DNA from: Octopus bimaculoides
Taxonomy: Eukaryota
Direction: 5' to 3'
Assembly: GCF_001194135.2 (NCBI RefSeq)
Contig: NC_068985.1
Span: 53,849,014-53,890,840, forward strand
DNA length: 41,827 nt
Positions 10,790-21,937 of the stretch are shown here, piece by piece (position 1 is the first letter of the stretch; the number at the start of each line of letters is the position of its first letter). The notes below the pieces were generated by a model, which saw only the letters and a list, made by a program, of their open reading frames with translations, did not search any database and was not told the origin of the DNA. Made by a program: the position numbers and the translations under genes.

Positions 10790-10800
10790 TACATACATCC
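10565..10800. repeat. (CATA)n/(CAGA)n compound microsatellite
   Basis: Read directly from the sequence. Confidence 0.97.
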
Positions 10801-11067
10801 GTCATGAATGTCTGAATAATGTATTTAAGTGGAAATTACGAAATTCTTTGTGACCTAGTTGGAATTGATTAAATAAAAAGTATATTTGGTGAGGCAGACA
10901 TCTCGTGGAATTGACCTGTTCCTATATATCGTATCGACTTGTCTACTGGTTTACTACAGGAATATTTTAAATTCCAATCTTTGCTTCTTTATGATTCTGT
11001 TGTGAGAAAGGAAATACTCAAATCGGTCAGGAACTAAATTAAATAAACAAATATAACATATAAATAT

Positions 11068-11177
11068 ATGCGCGTGCGCGTGTGTGTGCGTATGTCTTGT
11101 GTGTATGTAGGTGTGTATGCAAGCAATTAAAGGAGAAGTAGAATCGCTAAGAAAATAGATAAAACTAAAAGTTAAAC

Positions 11178-11225
<48 letters not shown>

Positions 11226-11512
11226 CGTATGTGTGTGGGTGAATATATAAACGTGTATGCGAGTAGTGAGTATATGTGTATGTAAGTATGAATGCTTGTA
11301 TGTATGGATGTATGTACGTATGTATGTGTGTATGTGTGTGTGTGTGTGTGTATATATATATACATATAAAGTAAATAAAGAGAATTATGAAAGCAATTAA
11401 GGAATAAATAGAATCGCTGTGAAAATAGATAATACTGAAAGTTAGAATACAGATAGATAGCTAGATAGATAGATAGATAGAGGGAGGGAGAAAGAGAGAG
11501 AGAAAGAAAGAC

Positions 11513-11573
<61 letters not shown>

Positions 11574-11624
11574 GACAGACAGACGGACGGACGGACGGAC
11601 GGACGGACAGACAGACAGACAGAC

Positions 11625-11677
<53 letters not shown>

Positions 11678-11760
11678 CAAATATATAAACAAATGTGTGT
11701 GCGTGCGCGCATACATAAATATATAAACATGCATGTGTGTGTGTGTGTGTGTGTGTGTAT
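11068..11760. repeat. Compound microsatellite block (GT, GA, GACA, GGAC, GATA) with a duplicated ~60-bp spacer
   Basis: Read directly; 11121-11180 resembles 11391-11450. Confidence 0.93.
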
Positions 11761-11959
11761 TTTCTATCAAATTTAATATAGAGAGCGTGTTGGTAAGCGT
11801 TTGATTATATACACATGTATACGTTATGTGGAGAGAGCGCGCTTTTGTACATAATTGGTACGTAGGTGACAAAAACTTTCAAGCCAGCCATGCTTCCTTG
11901 GCCAAGAAAGTGTTTATCGACACATTGCAGGGCATATATATATATATATATGTATACAT

Positions 11960-12257
11960 ATATAATACAAAATGGGACAAGAACACAAAACATCCAGACC
12001 GTTAGGTGATACAAGAAAGGGACAAAACATCCAGATAGACGATACAGAGAAAACACGGACAGGTCATTCGGAGTTTTCTCTCTTCAGTCGAGATCCAGAT
12101 TATCCTTGCAATTTCGGGTGGTTATTCTCGATATTGCTCCAATCTGGCCAGCCCCAAGGAAAAACTAAGCTACGAGCATTAGATTCCTTGGAAGAAAGCA
12201 GCGTATGTATACAAAAACAAGGACGGAAAAACGAACAATGTTACACAAATACAGTAG

Positions 12258-12260
<3 letters not shown>
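11960..12260. mobile_element. Interspersed repeat flanked by (TA)n, possibly a Penelope-like terminal repeat
   Basis: It begins AATACAAAATGGGACAAGAACACAAAACATCCAG, repeated at 16609-16643, and both ends abut (TA)n. The superfamily assignment is inference. Confidence 0.45.
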
Positions 12261-12296
<36 letters not shown>

Positions 12297-13107
12297 TCAT
12301 AGGGTTAGTTTTCTCCGAGTACACAACCGGAATATCCTATTTGATACTTGTCAACCGTAGGCTGGTACCACAGATTTATCCAACCCTACCTGGTGTATAT
12401 CTTTTTCAAGTACCTGATTCTACCTGGATCCTTATTTTACATAAATGTATGTACACACACACACACACACACACACTTACAAGGGTATGCGGGTTAGTAT
12501 GTGAGTATGCATGTATATGCATATATATGTGGGAGGTGAGTGCATGTGTGTATACACCTATATTTGTTCTGTATCGTACTTAGTAGTCCGATAAGTTATC
12601 GTAAATTAGATAATAGTCGTCTGTATATTTGTTAATATAACAGATATATTATCGATTCAAGTATTATAAGTTTAATCTCATAACAGTCAATTCATATACC
12701 GAACGATTTCATGTTTGAAGAAGCTTCAAAGTGTGGATCATAAAGTTAAGTTGGATGTGCACATTTATAATCGTTATGAAGGCAGCTTCTGCCATTAATA
12801 TTTGAGTTATACACAGTCCGACAAATTCTTGCGTCATTACTGATTGTTCAGTGTTAAACCCTGTCGATTTGATGGATCCTCCATCTGGCATTTCGTGCTT
12901 GGAGGTCCCTTGCAGGTGACGCGCAGTTTACGCTGAAATCACGTGATACAACAGTCTCATCCACTGGTGCTTACGAAATTCGTCAGCCGATACCCTCTGT
13001 GGGTTTTAGCACCTAATGTCTAGAGGAGATGATTTCAAAGATCGATTACCGTATTCTAAGCAACACATCCAAGTTCATAATCTGACGTCCAAATTTATAT
13101 TCATATA

Positions 13108-13360
13108 TATAGTGGTTAGGGTATTGCACTCACGATCAGCGATCGTGGGTTCGGTTCCCCGACCGGGTGTCATGTTGTGTTCTTGAGCAAAACACTTCAT
13201 TTCTGTTGCTCCAGTCCACTCAGCTGTAAATGAGTAACTCTGCAACAGAATAGCCTTCCGATCAGGACGAACGTTGACCTGCTCACCTGGCCAGTGGGGA
13301 AGCATTATTCGAAAGTTAAAACAATGAGAAGCGCATTGTGACCAGCGATGTAAGACAATA
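13108..13360 (+). mobile_element. tRNA-derived SINE (central domain A, tail X)
   Basis: A-box remnant AGTGGTTAGG, B-box GGTTCGGTTCCC, then GTGTTCTTGAGCAAAACACTT...CACTCAGCTGTAAATGAGTA. Confidence 0.82.
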
Positions 13361-13382
13361 TCAACTAGTATTCTCGATACCA

Positions 13383-13396
13383 TAATATATGTGTAA

Positions 13397-13442
<46 letters not shown>

Positions 13443-13560
13443 NNNNNNNNNNNNNNNNNNNNNNNNNNNNNNNNNNNNNNNNNNNNNNNNNNNNNNNNNN
13501 NNNNNNNNNNNNNNNNNNNNNNNNNNNNNNNNNNNNNNNNNNNNNNNNNNNNNNNNNNNN

Positions 13561-13632
<72 letters not shown>

Positions 13633-13645
13633 ATACATATAGTAT
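13383..13645. repeat. (TA)n microsatellite spanning assembly gap 13443-13560
   Basis: Read directly from the sequence. Confidence 0.97.
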
Positions 13646-13688
13646 TAATTAATAGTAGGATATAGATTTCGTATTAGACTTTTATTAG

Positions 13689-13735
13689 GTACGACATATG
13701 TTTCTCGACCCATCAGTCCGGGTCTTTTCAGGTAC
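13689..13735 (-). ncRNA. Degenerate minimal type I hammerhead ribozyme motif (Penelope-like)
   Basis: Minus strand reads GTAC-CTGAAAA-GACCC(8 nt)GGGTC-GA-GAAA-CATATG-TC-GTAC. Stems I and II are intact and stem III is palindromic, but G8 is A and there is a 2-nt insertion. Confidence 0.55.
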
Positions 13736-13983
13736 ATTGATAAAGAAGTCTTACTAGTGACTTTTAGTGCCACCTGGCTTGTTGTTAAATGCCCATCAAG
13801 TTCGAGAATGAATAAATGCAAATAATATTATAGAAACACTAAAAATACCAATATGAACGTGGAAATCATGCGTTCCAGTTTCGTTAAAATAACCTAATCA
13901 GCTTTCTCTGTCATAACTGCTTAGAGGAAAAAGAAACTAGAAAAGAAGATTAATACTTAAACAAGTAGTTTCGTGTTCTGCAT

Positions 13984-14064
<81 letters not shown>

Positions 14065-14250
14065 GAGAGAGAGAGATGCATACATATATATACAGGGTTG
14101 AACAAAAGTCACTTGACAGTAAATCAAAACCATTTAATTCCGAGATTTATTTATGTTTAACAACTGAATGAGACTTCGCTAATAAACGGACAAATGTTTT
14201 TAAAAAACGGTGATTTTAACTCACAGCATTCAATTTTTAAACATTTATAA

Positions 14251-16371
14251 CACTAGTCTACAAGGTATTTGGTGTTTAGGAAATAGACATCATTCCTGTA
14301 CAAAATCGGTCTCCTGAATCCTAATATAACCTTCTTTTTGATCTATCAAATCTAGTTTTTAAGTTATTGAGCCCTATAATCGCGTGAACGACTGATATTT
14401 TTGTAATCTAAATTTGAAAGGTATTAACCGGAAAAATCGACAAACACTTATCTATCCTAATCTTGCATCTGCTTTTAGACCGGTTCCACACAGTGAAGAG
14501 CTTCCTGTTCCTGTCTTCAATGTCTTGCCTCAGATAACTTTACCCTCAACCAAAAAAGATTCACCATCTGAAGATGACACTAGAGATCAAGACTTTTCAG
14601 TTGAGACTTTACCTCAGCTATTCCCCCAGGTAGAGCTGAATGATCTATTTCGTGGCTTGAAACCCCCAAAAACTTGTGCAGAATTGTTGGCTTCCCGACT
14701 GAAAGAGAAGAATCTTCTAGAGAATGGTGTCCGTATAACCTTTTATCGGAGTCGGCATGAAGAGTTTCTTTCTTACTTCACAAAAGAAGAAGAGCTGGTT
14801 TACTGCAGAGATGTCAGTGGGCTTCTTAATAAGCTTGGCATTGAGAAATACAAACAAGAGGAAGGCGTCTTTTCATAAACAGCTCTAAGCGTAGTTTAGA
14901 ATGTGCATTGTTGCACAATAGAAATGTGTATGGCGCTGTCCCACTCGGCCACTCAACAACTCTGAAGGAAAAATATGAAGATACTATATCATGATCATAA
15001 ATGGGTCATCTGCGTTGACTTAAAGATTGTGAATTTTCTCATGGGACAGCAATCCGGTTGTACCAAATACCCATGCTTTCTTTGCATGTGGGACAGTAGA
15101 GACCGAGTAAACCACTATGTTAAGAAAGACTGTCCACTTCGAACAAATATGGCTCCATGTAGATCATTTTCCCTCTTTGCACATCAAACTCGGATTGATC
15201 AAACAATTCGTTAAAGCTCTTGACAAAAATGAAGAATGCTTCAAGTATATCTGCAGTGTATTTCCAGACTTGATGATTAAAAACTTAAAGAAGGGATTTA
15301 GATGGACCACAGATCGGTAAGCTCTTGAAGGACACAAATTTCATGAAAACGATGAGCGAAAATGAAGTATCAGCTTGGCTAGCCTTTGCAGAAGCAGTGT
15401 AAAATTTCCTTGAGAAACACAAAAGTGAAAACTATAAAGACCTTGTTACCAACTTGATATCAACTTTTCGTGATATTGGTGCAAATATGAGCGTCAAAAT
15501 GCATTATCTTTTTAGTCATCTTTATCGTTTTCCTGATGTTAGAAATGAACAAGGCGAACAATTCCATCAGGACATCAAGGAGATGGAAACTCGGTACCAA
15601 GGACGTTGGGACATTGTGATGATGGCAGACTATTGCTGGTGTTTAAAACGAGATACTCCTGTTGCTCAACATTCACGGTGCACAAAGAAGCGTAAATATA
15701 TTCCTTGAATTTTCTGTCAAAAATCTTTGTCAATCAGCATTTTCAATTTTGATTTTTTTATTTGCACTTTGTTTCGTTTTGTGTTACGCTCTCTTTATTG
15801 ATTCATATTATATGCCTGTTGTATGAATAAAATGTGGAGGCGCAATGGCCCAGTGGTTAGGGCAGCGAACTCGCGGTCATAGGATCGCGGTTTCGATTCC
15901 CAGACCGGTCGTTGTGAGTATTTATTGAGCGAAAACACCTAAAGCTCCACGAGGCTCCGGCAGGAGATGGTGGTGAACCCTGCTGTACTCTTTCACCACA
16001 ACTTTCTCTCACTCTTACTTCCTGTTTCTGTTGTGCCTGTAATTCAAAGGGTCAGCCTTGTCACACTGTGTCACGCTGAATATCCCCGAGAACTACGTTA
16101 AGGGTACACGTGTCTGTGGAATGCTCAGCCACTTGCACGTTAATTTCACGAGCAGGCTGTTCCGTTGATCGGATCAACTGGAACCCTCGACGTCGTAAGC
16201 GACGGAGTACCAACAACAACATGAATAAAATACTCTATCAGGTTTGGTCAGTAAACTAGAACGAATAGAGAAAAACTGGAGTTATTTTTGAATTATGCAG
16301 GCAAAATCACTTAAGAATTCGTTGAAATATTCCAGGCACCAGGCAAAAAAAAATTTTTTTATTGCCCATTG
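14251..16371 (+). mobile_element. Chapaev3-type (CMC) DNA transposon with a decayed transposase (about 14369-15708)
   Basis: Translation gives EPYNRVND*YFC...GINRKNR, ELLASRLKEKNLL, SSKRSL, WVICVDLK, TKYPCFLCMWDSR, LHIKLGLIKQFVKAL, EQGEQFHQDIKEMETRYQGRWD and MMADYCW. Putative termini CACTAG and CCCATTG are flanked by TAA on both sides. The family call is from recalled protein similarity. Confidence 0.8.
15834..16220 (+). mobile_element. Young full-length tRNA-derived SINE (central domain B, tail Y) with a perfect 11-bp TSD
   Basis: A-box TGGCCCAGTGG, B-box GTTTCGATTCCC and a (CAA)n tail. ATGAATAAAAT occurs at 15823-15833 and 16221-16231. Confidence 0.92.
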
Positions 16372-16453
16372 TAATTGAAATGAAAAAATAAAATTGAATA
16401 TTGAATATTTATGGCATTTTGATTTACTGTCGTGTGACATTTGGCCAGCCCTG

Positions 16454-16466
16454 TATATAGATAGAC

Positions 16467-16500
<34 letters not shown>

Positions 16501-16606
16501 NNNNNNNNNNNNNNNNNNNNNNNNNNNNNNNNNNNNNNNNNNNNNNNNNNNNNNNNNNNNNNNNNNNNNNNNNNNNNNNNNNNNNNNNNNNNNNNNNNNN
16601 ATATAT
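16454..16606. repeat. (GATA)n microsatellite and assembly gap 16501-16600
   Basis: Read directly from the sequence. Confidence 0.97.
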
Positions 16607-16941
16607 AAAATACAAAATGGGACAAGAACGCAAAACATCCAGAGAGTTTGTGTATGTAATTGAATAAGTTGAAGTCAACAAGAAGGAGTACAGAGGAACA
16701 ATTATTTGTAATCACTGCAATTGTTTCCACGCAATTAGTTCTCCAGTTTCGCAGGTACTTGGTTATGCAACCGTTTCCCTGCATTGTGAGATCTTGTTGT
16801 ATCTATTAACACACTACAGAAGCCCCAGCGCATATCTGGCAGTAGGCATAGTACTACTGTTGAATAGCACTGGGTGAAATCTGAAGGTGGACGAGTTTTA
16901 TACTGTACTGTACTATGTTCTTAACAGAATACAGCTTAAGT

Positions 16942-17015
16942 ATACATGTATGTATGTATGTATGTATGTATGTATGGGTGGATGGATGGATGGATGTATG
17001 TATGTATGTATGCAT
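16942..17015. repeat. (TATG)n/(GGAT)n microsatellite
   Basis: Read directly from the sequence. Confidence 0.95.
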
Positions 17016-17684
17016 GATTTTTATAGCTGTTCGCATGAATGTGAATACAAAACTACATATAATATTACTCAATGCACTTCATATAAATATTATTATATAT
17101 TATACGCATTCAATAATTTTATAAACTGCACAATACAGTTTATAAGCACTCACCACACATATCTATGAATGTATATATGTATGCACATTTGTGTGTAAAT
17201 ATGTTGAATATTTGTATTTTTGTTTTATACGTATACATATATACATAAAAACATACACGTATGTGTGTGTGTGTGGAGGTGGAAGTGTATGGCTATATTT
17301 AGCTAATACGTTGACCTCCAGTACAAACAACGCTCATAGGTTTTTCTCTCGGCTTTCAGTTACACCCAACTCTCCAAAGTTTACGTATTATAAGTAAAAA
17401 AAATTCCTCGAGAAGTTTTCTGGGATTAACATTCAGACATTACACAGAACAGCTGCTTTATAATGGCTGATCTCTATTCAATTCAATGGTGGAATTATCA
17501 GCATCATCTCTGGTGGTATTTCTTGCGGGGATAAGAAACGTAAACTGAGACTGCTGTCTGGGTTGATGTTTAGAATGGCTGACTTTAAAACGGGGGAAAT
17601 AGAAAATGTTGCCGTTACATAAGCTACAAAAACATTAATGTATCATACTGGCACAATGGCACACATTTTAGGAGCTTGGTGTCA

Positions 17685-17686
17685 TC

Positions 17687-17717
<31 letters not shown>

Positions 17718-17954
17718 TTGCTGTTGTTGTTGCTTAACCCCGGTTTAGCTATGACTGAGCAGGCCTATATTAAAATGCTTTCCAGTCGTCTCTCGCACGT
17801 GAGAATGGCTTGATAACAAGTAACGCGCTTTCTGTAATTGTTTTAGGTGTTTGTATAATCACGAGAGGCATAGACGCCCTCCCGTCTAGAAACTGAAGCC
17901 AGTGCTTTAGATTCATGTGCCAAACACACTGACCGCTAGGCCACGCGTCTTCAT
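17685..17954 (-). mobile_element. Old SINE remnant with a (GTT)n tail and tRNA-like head
   Basis: (GTT)n at about 17687-17731, and a minus-strand head ATGAAGACGCGTGGCCTAGCGGTCAGTGTG near 17954. Confidence 0.55.
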
Positions 17955-18198
17955 ATCCAGGACTATATTATTTTAGAAACACATGACTAAGCTTTGATTT
18001 CAGAATGATTTGGTTGTTATTTCCTGCGAGTCGAGATCACGTAATGCCATTTGTACACTCTTAGAACCGAGTTTAAAACAATACAGTACTTCACCAATGA
18101 TTCATTTTGTGAACTCTGCGGAGGATTTTAATCCAGACCGTAAGGGGATGTAACTAAGCAATATAAAGCGTTCTAGAGATTCTGTCATCGACTGCGTG

Positions 18199-18223
18199 CA
18201 TCATCGTCGTCGTCGTCGTCGTC

Positions 18224-18290
<67 letters not shown>

Positions 18291-18318
18291 CAGCAGCAGC
18301 AGTAACAACAGCAGCAAC
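18199..18318. repeat. (CGT)n/(AGT)n/(AGC)n microsatellite
   Basis: Read directly; it is the source of the poly-Arg/poly-Ser ORF. Confidence 0.97.
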
Positions 18319-18339
18319 AGGAGTGATGGCGGAGGTGCC

Positions 18340-19035
18340 AAGTTAAGTGTCTTGCTGTATTTGTTCCAGCTCTTTACGTTCTGAGGTCAAGCTTTCGCTG
18401 AGGCCAACTGTGTTTGTCATTCCTCCGCTGACGATAATAAAGTAAATACCAGCCATGTACTGGAATCGATTTAACTGATTGTTTCCTTTTCCACAGTTCC
18501 TGGTCTTTTCTTTATAAAACAAGTTGAACTCAAAACGTAAAGAGCCGGAAGAAATGCCACTAAACATTTTGTCCGACGCGCATATCTTCTGCCAGCTTGC
18601 CGCCTTAATGGTTACAATAATTCCTTCAATAATAGGCATAAAGTGCCAGAAAATTGGGAGTTGGAGGCTAATTGATTACATTAACCACCAGTGCTCGAAC
18701 CCGAAAGGATTACAGGCAAAGTTGACCAAGGAGAAATTTGAACGCAGAACGTAAAGAGCCCGAAGAAACGTTGCTAAGCATTTTATCTGGCTTACTAAAG
18801 ATTCTGCAAGCTCGTCACCTTAATGAGTTATAATTCTTTCGAATTTTGGCACAAGGCCCACAATTTTGAGAAGAGGGAGAAGTCGATTACATTGACCCCA
18901 GTGCTCAGCTCATACTTATTTTGTCGACTCCAAAAGAATAAGAGATAAAGTCGACCTCGGTGAAATTTGAACCGGAAGAAATGCCCTAAGCATTTTATCC
19001 GATGTGTTAACGATTCTGCCAGTTCACCGCTTTAA
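18340..19035. mobile_element. Cluster of four decayed SINE family 1 copies (one +, three -)
   Basis: About 18340-18490 (+), 18520-18610 (-), 18630-18825 (-) and 18840-19035 (-). Each minus copy ends with a variant of TTCTGCCAGCTYGCCGCCTTAAT. Confidence 0.75.
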
Positions 19036-19055
19036 TTGATTGTAATTATTAAATA

Positions 19056-20679
19056 CTTACAGAGGTACCTGGCGTTGCTTGTATCAACTGTGGCAGCGCT
19101 GGTAACGAGTCCTCCAGATGAAGTCTTGCTACAGAGAGTGTTTGCCCCTGCGATTTTTTGCTCGACATCGCAAAATTTACATGAACAGGAAATTACAACC
19201 GCCTGAAAGTAAAGGGGATTTCCGCTCCCCACGGAATAAGGGGAATCCTCGGTATGGAAGACGTCATCTCCCTTTCCACATCCCTGTACTTAAACCACAA
19301 AGAACTGGATTCACATAACATGCATGTTTGCAATATCACTGTAAACTATGCCCTGATAATTTTGAGGTACTTTGATGCAGCGGCCTTTGGCAGCGTTGCA
19401 TGACACTGTGCCCCATCTTCTAGCAACCCGAGCTTGAAGCAGGCCTCCCAGTATGTCCCAGATACCCCGCCATCAAAGGTCTTCGGGTCATGGAAGCACG
19501 TTGGTTCTCTGACCTCGTGCAGTAAAAGACTGAGGTAGAAACACTCCTGTTGACTGTGATGGACCGTGAGACTTTAATGTAGCGGCCTCTGCCAGCGTTG
19601 CATCCCACTGTGCCCCATCTTGACCAATATGGGCTCTTTTCTTAGGTGGCATTATCTCAGAGTTGAGAAGCTTCAATTACAAAATGCAGATGTGGCAAAA
19701 GTACATTTAAATACACAGAGTGCAACAAATTTAGAGAGAGAAAACGGTGAAAATCGGTTGAAAACTGCATAAATTGTTAGAAAAAAAACATGTGAAACAC
19801 CGTTTTTCACGGTTTCTCGCTTTAAGTGGGAACTCTGGAGGAAATATTATAGTGCGTGACCATCCTTGGTACATAAGTAATGTGTGTGTAAAGTTTGGTG
19901 AAAATCGGTTGAAGACTGTAGAAATGTATGCGTAGTACACACACTGATACACAGACATCCTTTGTTAGGAGAAGTGCAAATACCGTAAATACAAAGATAT
20001 CTACGCACGACAAAATTGAAATACACTGAAGTCAATTTTTAAGCATATGTATAGGCTGTATGTGGCCTAGAGCGGTCATACGTACGCATGCACGACCGCA
20101 TGCACAACGTTTTTCGATGGAGGGAGAAATGTAAATAGTGTATTTAAATAGACGGAGTGCAAGAAATTTAAAATAATTAAAGTAATCTTGTAGGGAGAAC
20201 ATACAAATACCGTAAAGACAAATTTGAAGTCGGTTTTTAGGCAGATGCCGCAAAACTGAATTTAAACACACTGGGTAAACATAAATTGAAAATAACTGAA
20301 CTATTTTTCAGGGAGAATGTACAAAAACCGTAAGAACAGAGATTTTTACGCGCGACTAATCGAAATACGCGGAAGTCAGTTTGTAGATAGAAATTAGTAA
20401 GTGTGTGAATGAGTTAGAGAGAGAGAAAGAGAGGGAGAGAGAGAATGAAAGAAACAGATATAGACTAAAAGAGAGGAACTATTACAGAGGGTGAGAGAGA
20501 ATACGTGTAAGCAAGAGAAACAGAGAATGAGAAAAAGAGAGAGAAGAGGGAAATAGACAGAGAGAAAAAGGAGAGAATCGATTGAAAACTGCAGAAGTTT
20601 TTAGAGAAAAACTCGTGTAAAACACCATTTTTCCCGGTTATATACTACACACACAGAATCCTTTGTTTTATATATATAG

Positions 20680-20680
<1 letters not shown>
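19056..20680 (-). mobile_element. Non-autonomous Helitron with a RepHel coding remnant (about 19200-19625) and internal sub-repeats
   Basis: The minus-strand 5' end is A|TCTATATATATAAAAC at 20680. The peptide QQECFYLSLLLHEVREPTCFHDPKTFDG...WEACFKLGLLEDGAQ...FTVILQTC matches the Helitron Rep-helicase linker. A degenerate 3' end GCAACGCCAGGTACCTCTGTAAG|T lies at 19056. Confidence 0.75.
20405..20575. repeat. GA-rich low-complexity tract inside the Helitron
   Basis: Read directly from the sequence. Confidence 0.85.
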
Positions 20681-20717
<37 letters not shown>

Positions 20718-21706
20718 NNNNNNNNNNNNNNNNNNNNNNNNNNNNNNNNNNNNNNNNNNNNNNNNNNNNNNNNNNNNNNNNNNNNNNNNNNNNNNNNNNN
20801 NNNNNNNNNNNNNNNNNNNNNNNNNNNNNNNNNNNNNNNNNNNNNNNNNNNNNNNNNNNNNNNNNNNNNNNNNNNNNNNNNNNNNNNNNNNNNNNNNNNN
20901 NNNNNNNNNNNNNNNNNNNNNNNNNNNNNNNNNNNNNNNNNNNNNNNNNNNNNNNNNNNNNNNNNNNNNNNNNNNNNNNNNNNNNNNNNNNNNNNNNNNN
21001 NNNNNNNNNNNNNNNNNNNNNNNNNNNNNNNNNNNNNNNNNNNNNNNNNNNNNNNNNNNNNNNNNNNNNNNNNNNNNNNNNNNNNNNNNNNNNNNNNNNN
21101 NNNNNNNNNNNNNNNNNNNNNNNNNNNNNNNNNNNNNNNNNNNNNNNNNNNNNNNNNNNNNNNNNNNNNNNNNNNNNNNNNNNNNNNNNNNNNNNNNNNN
21201 NNNNNNNNNNNNNNNNNNNNNNNNNNNNNNNNNNNNNNNNNNNNNNNNNNNNNNNNNNNNNNNNNNNNNNNNNNNNNNNNNNNNNNNNNNNNNNNNNNNN
21301 NNNNNNNNNNNNNNNNNNNNNNNNNNNNNNNNNNNNNNNNNNNNNNNNNNNNNNNNNNNNNNNNNNNNNNNNNNNNNNNNNNNNNNNNNNNNNNNNNNNN
21401 NNNNNNNNNNNNNNNNNNNNNNNNNNNNNNNNNNNNNNNNNNNNNNNNNNNNNNNNNNNNNNNNNNNNNNNNNNNNNNNNNNNNNNNNNNNNNNNNNNNN
21501 NNNNNNNNNNNNNNNNNNNNNNNNNNNNNNNNNNNNNNNNNNNNNNNNNNNNNNNNNNNNNNNNNNNNNNNNNNNNNNNNNNNNNNNNNNNNNNNNNNNN
21601 NNNNNNNNNNNNNNNNNNNNNNNNNNNNNNNNNNNNNNNNNNNNNNNNNNNNNNNNNNNNNNNNNNNNNNNNNNNNNNNNNNNNNNNNNNNNNNNNNNNN
21701 NNNNNN
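20718..21706. other. Assembly gap preceded by (TG)n
   Basis: Run of N. Confidence 1.
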
Positions 21707-21780
21707 AACAACAACAGACGAGGACAGGTGGTGTAAATAACAAAAGGATGTATTAGTATGACGCTCGGGAATACGGAAAG

Positions 21781-21817
21781 TCTTTGACGTTTCGAGCTAC
21801 GCTCTTCAACAGAAAGA
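21781..21817 (-). ncRNA. Variant minimal type I hammerhead motif within a Penelope-like terminal-repeat remnant (about 21707-21923)
   Basis: Minus strand reads TCTTT-CTGTTGA-A-GAGC(GTA)GCTC-GAAA-CG-TC-AAAGA. Stem I has 5 bp, stem II 4 bp and stem III is the ACGT palindrome; core A6 is U. Confidence 0.6.
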
Positions 21818-21937
21818 ATACGGAGACAAGGAGAAAAACACGGAGAAAAAAAATTGAATAGTGTTCAGTCAACGGTCAATCATAATAATGGCTGACCATA
21901 ACAATGGCTGACCGGAAGTTAGATATATATATATATA

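Larger units (their letters stand above)
14093..16453. mobile_element. Tc1/mariner-type MITE (~240 bp when empty) with ~37-bp imperfect TIRs and TA flanks, split by the Chapaev3 insertion
   Basis: Left end is TA|CAGGGTTGAACAAAAGTCACTTGACAGTAAATCAAAA. The right end reverse-complemented is TA|CAGGGCTGGCCAAATGTCACACGACAGTAAATCAAAA. Confidence 0.8.

Noticed and set aside
10846-11014. Minus-strand acceptor TTTCCTTTCTCACAACAG with a downstream CAG|GTCAAT, plus a 14-mer CTAGGTCACAAAGA shared with 6337-6350
   Set aside because: All three frames have stops, and a single 14-bp match is weak evidence.
12055-12100. Hammerhead-like CTGAAGA-GAG(AAAA)CTC-CGAATGACCTGTC on the minus strand
   Set aside because: There is no stem I pairing and no proper GAAA junction. 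It is at most a remote relic.
12590-13100. Unique-looking segment with a short minus-strand ORF (12709-12891); similar segments at 17300-17640, 35000-35480 and 40000-40450
   Set aside because: There is no recognisable homology, splice-consistent frame or structure to support a call.
15834-15910. tRNA-like sequences with A and B boxes (also 13108, 21938, 25197, 8422)
   Set aside because: They are SINE heads that continue into SINE bodies and lack a full cloverleaf, so they are not tRNA genes.
19690-20640. Recurring ~20-bp motifs with variable spacers, superficially CRISPR-like
   Set aside because: The repeats are degenerate and irregularly spaced, the context is eukaryotic, and they are explained as Helitron internal sub-repeats.
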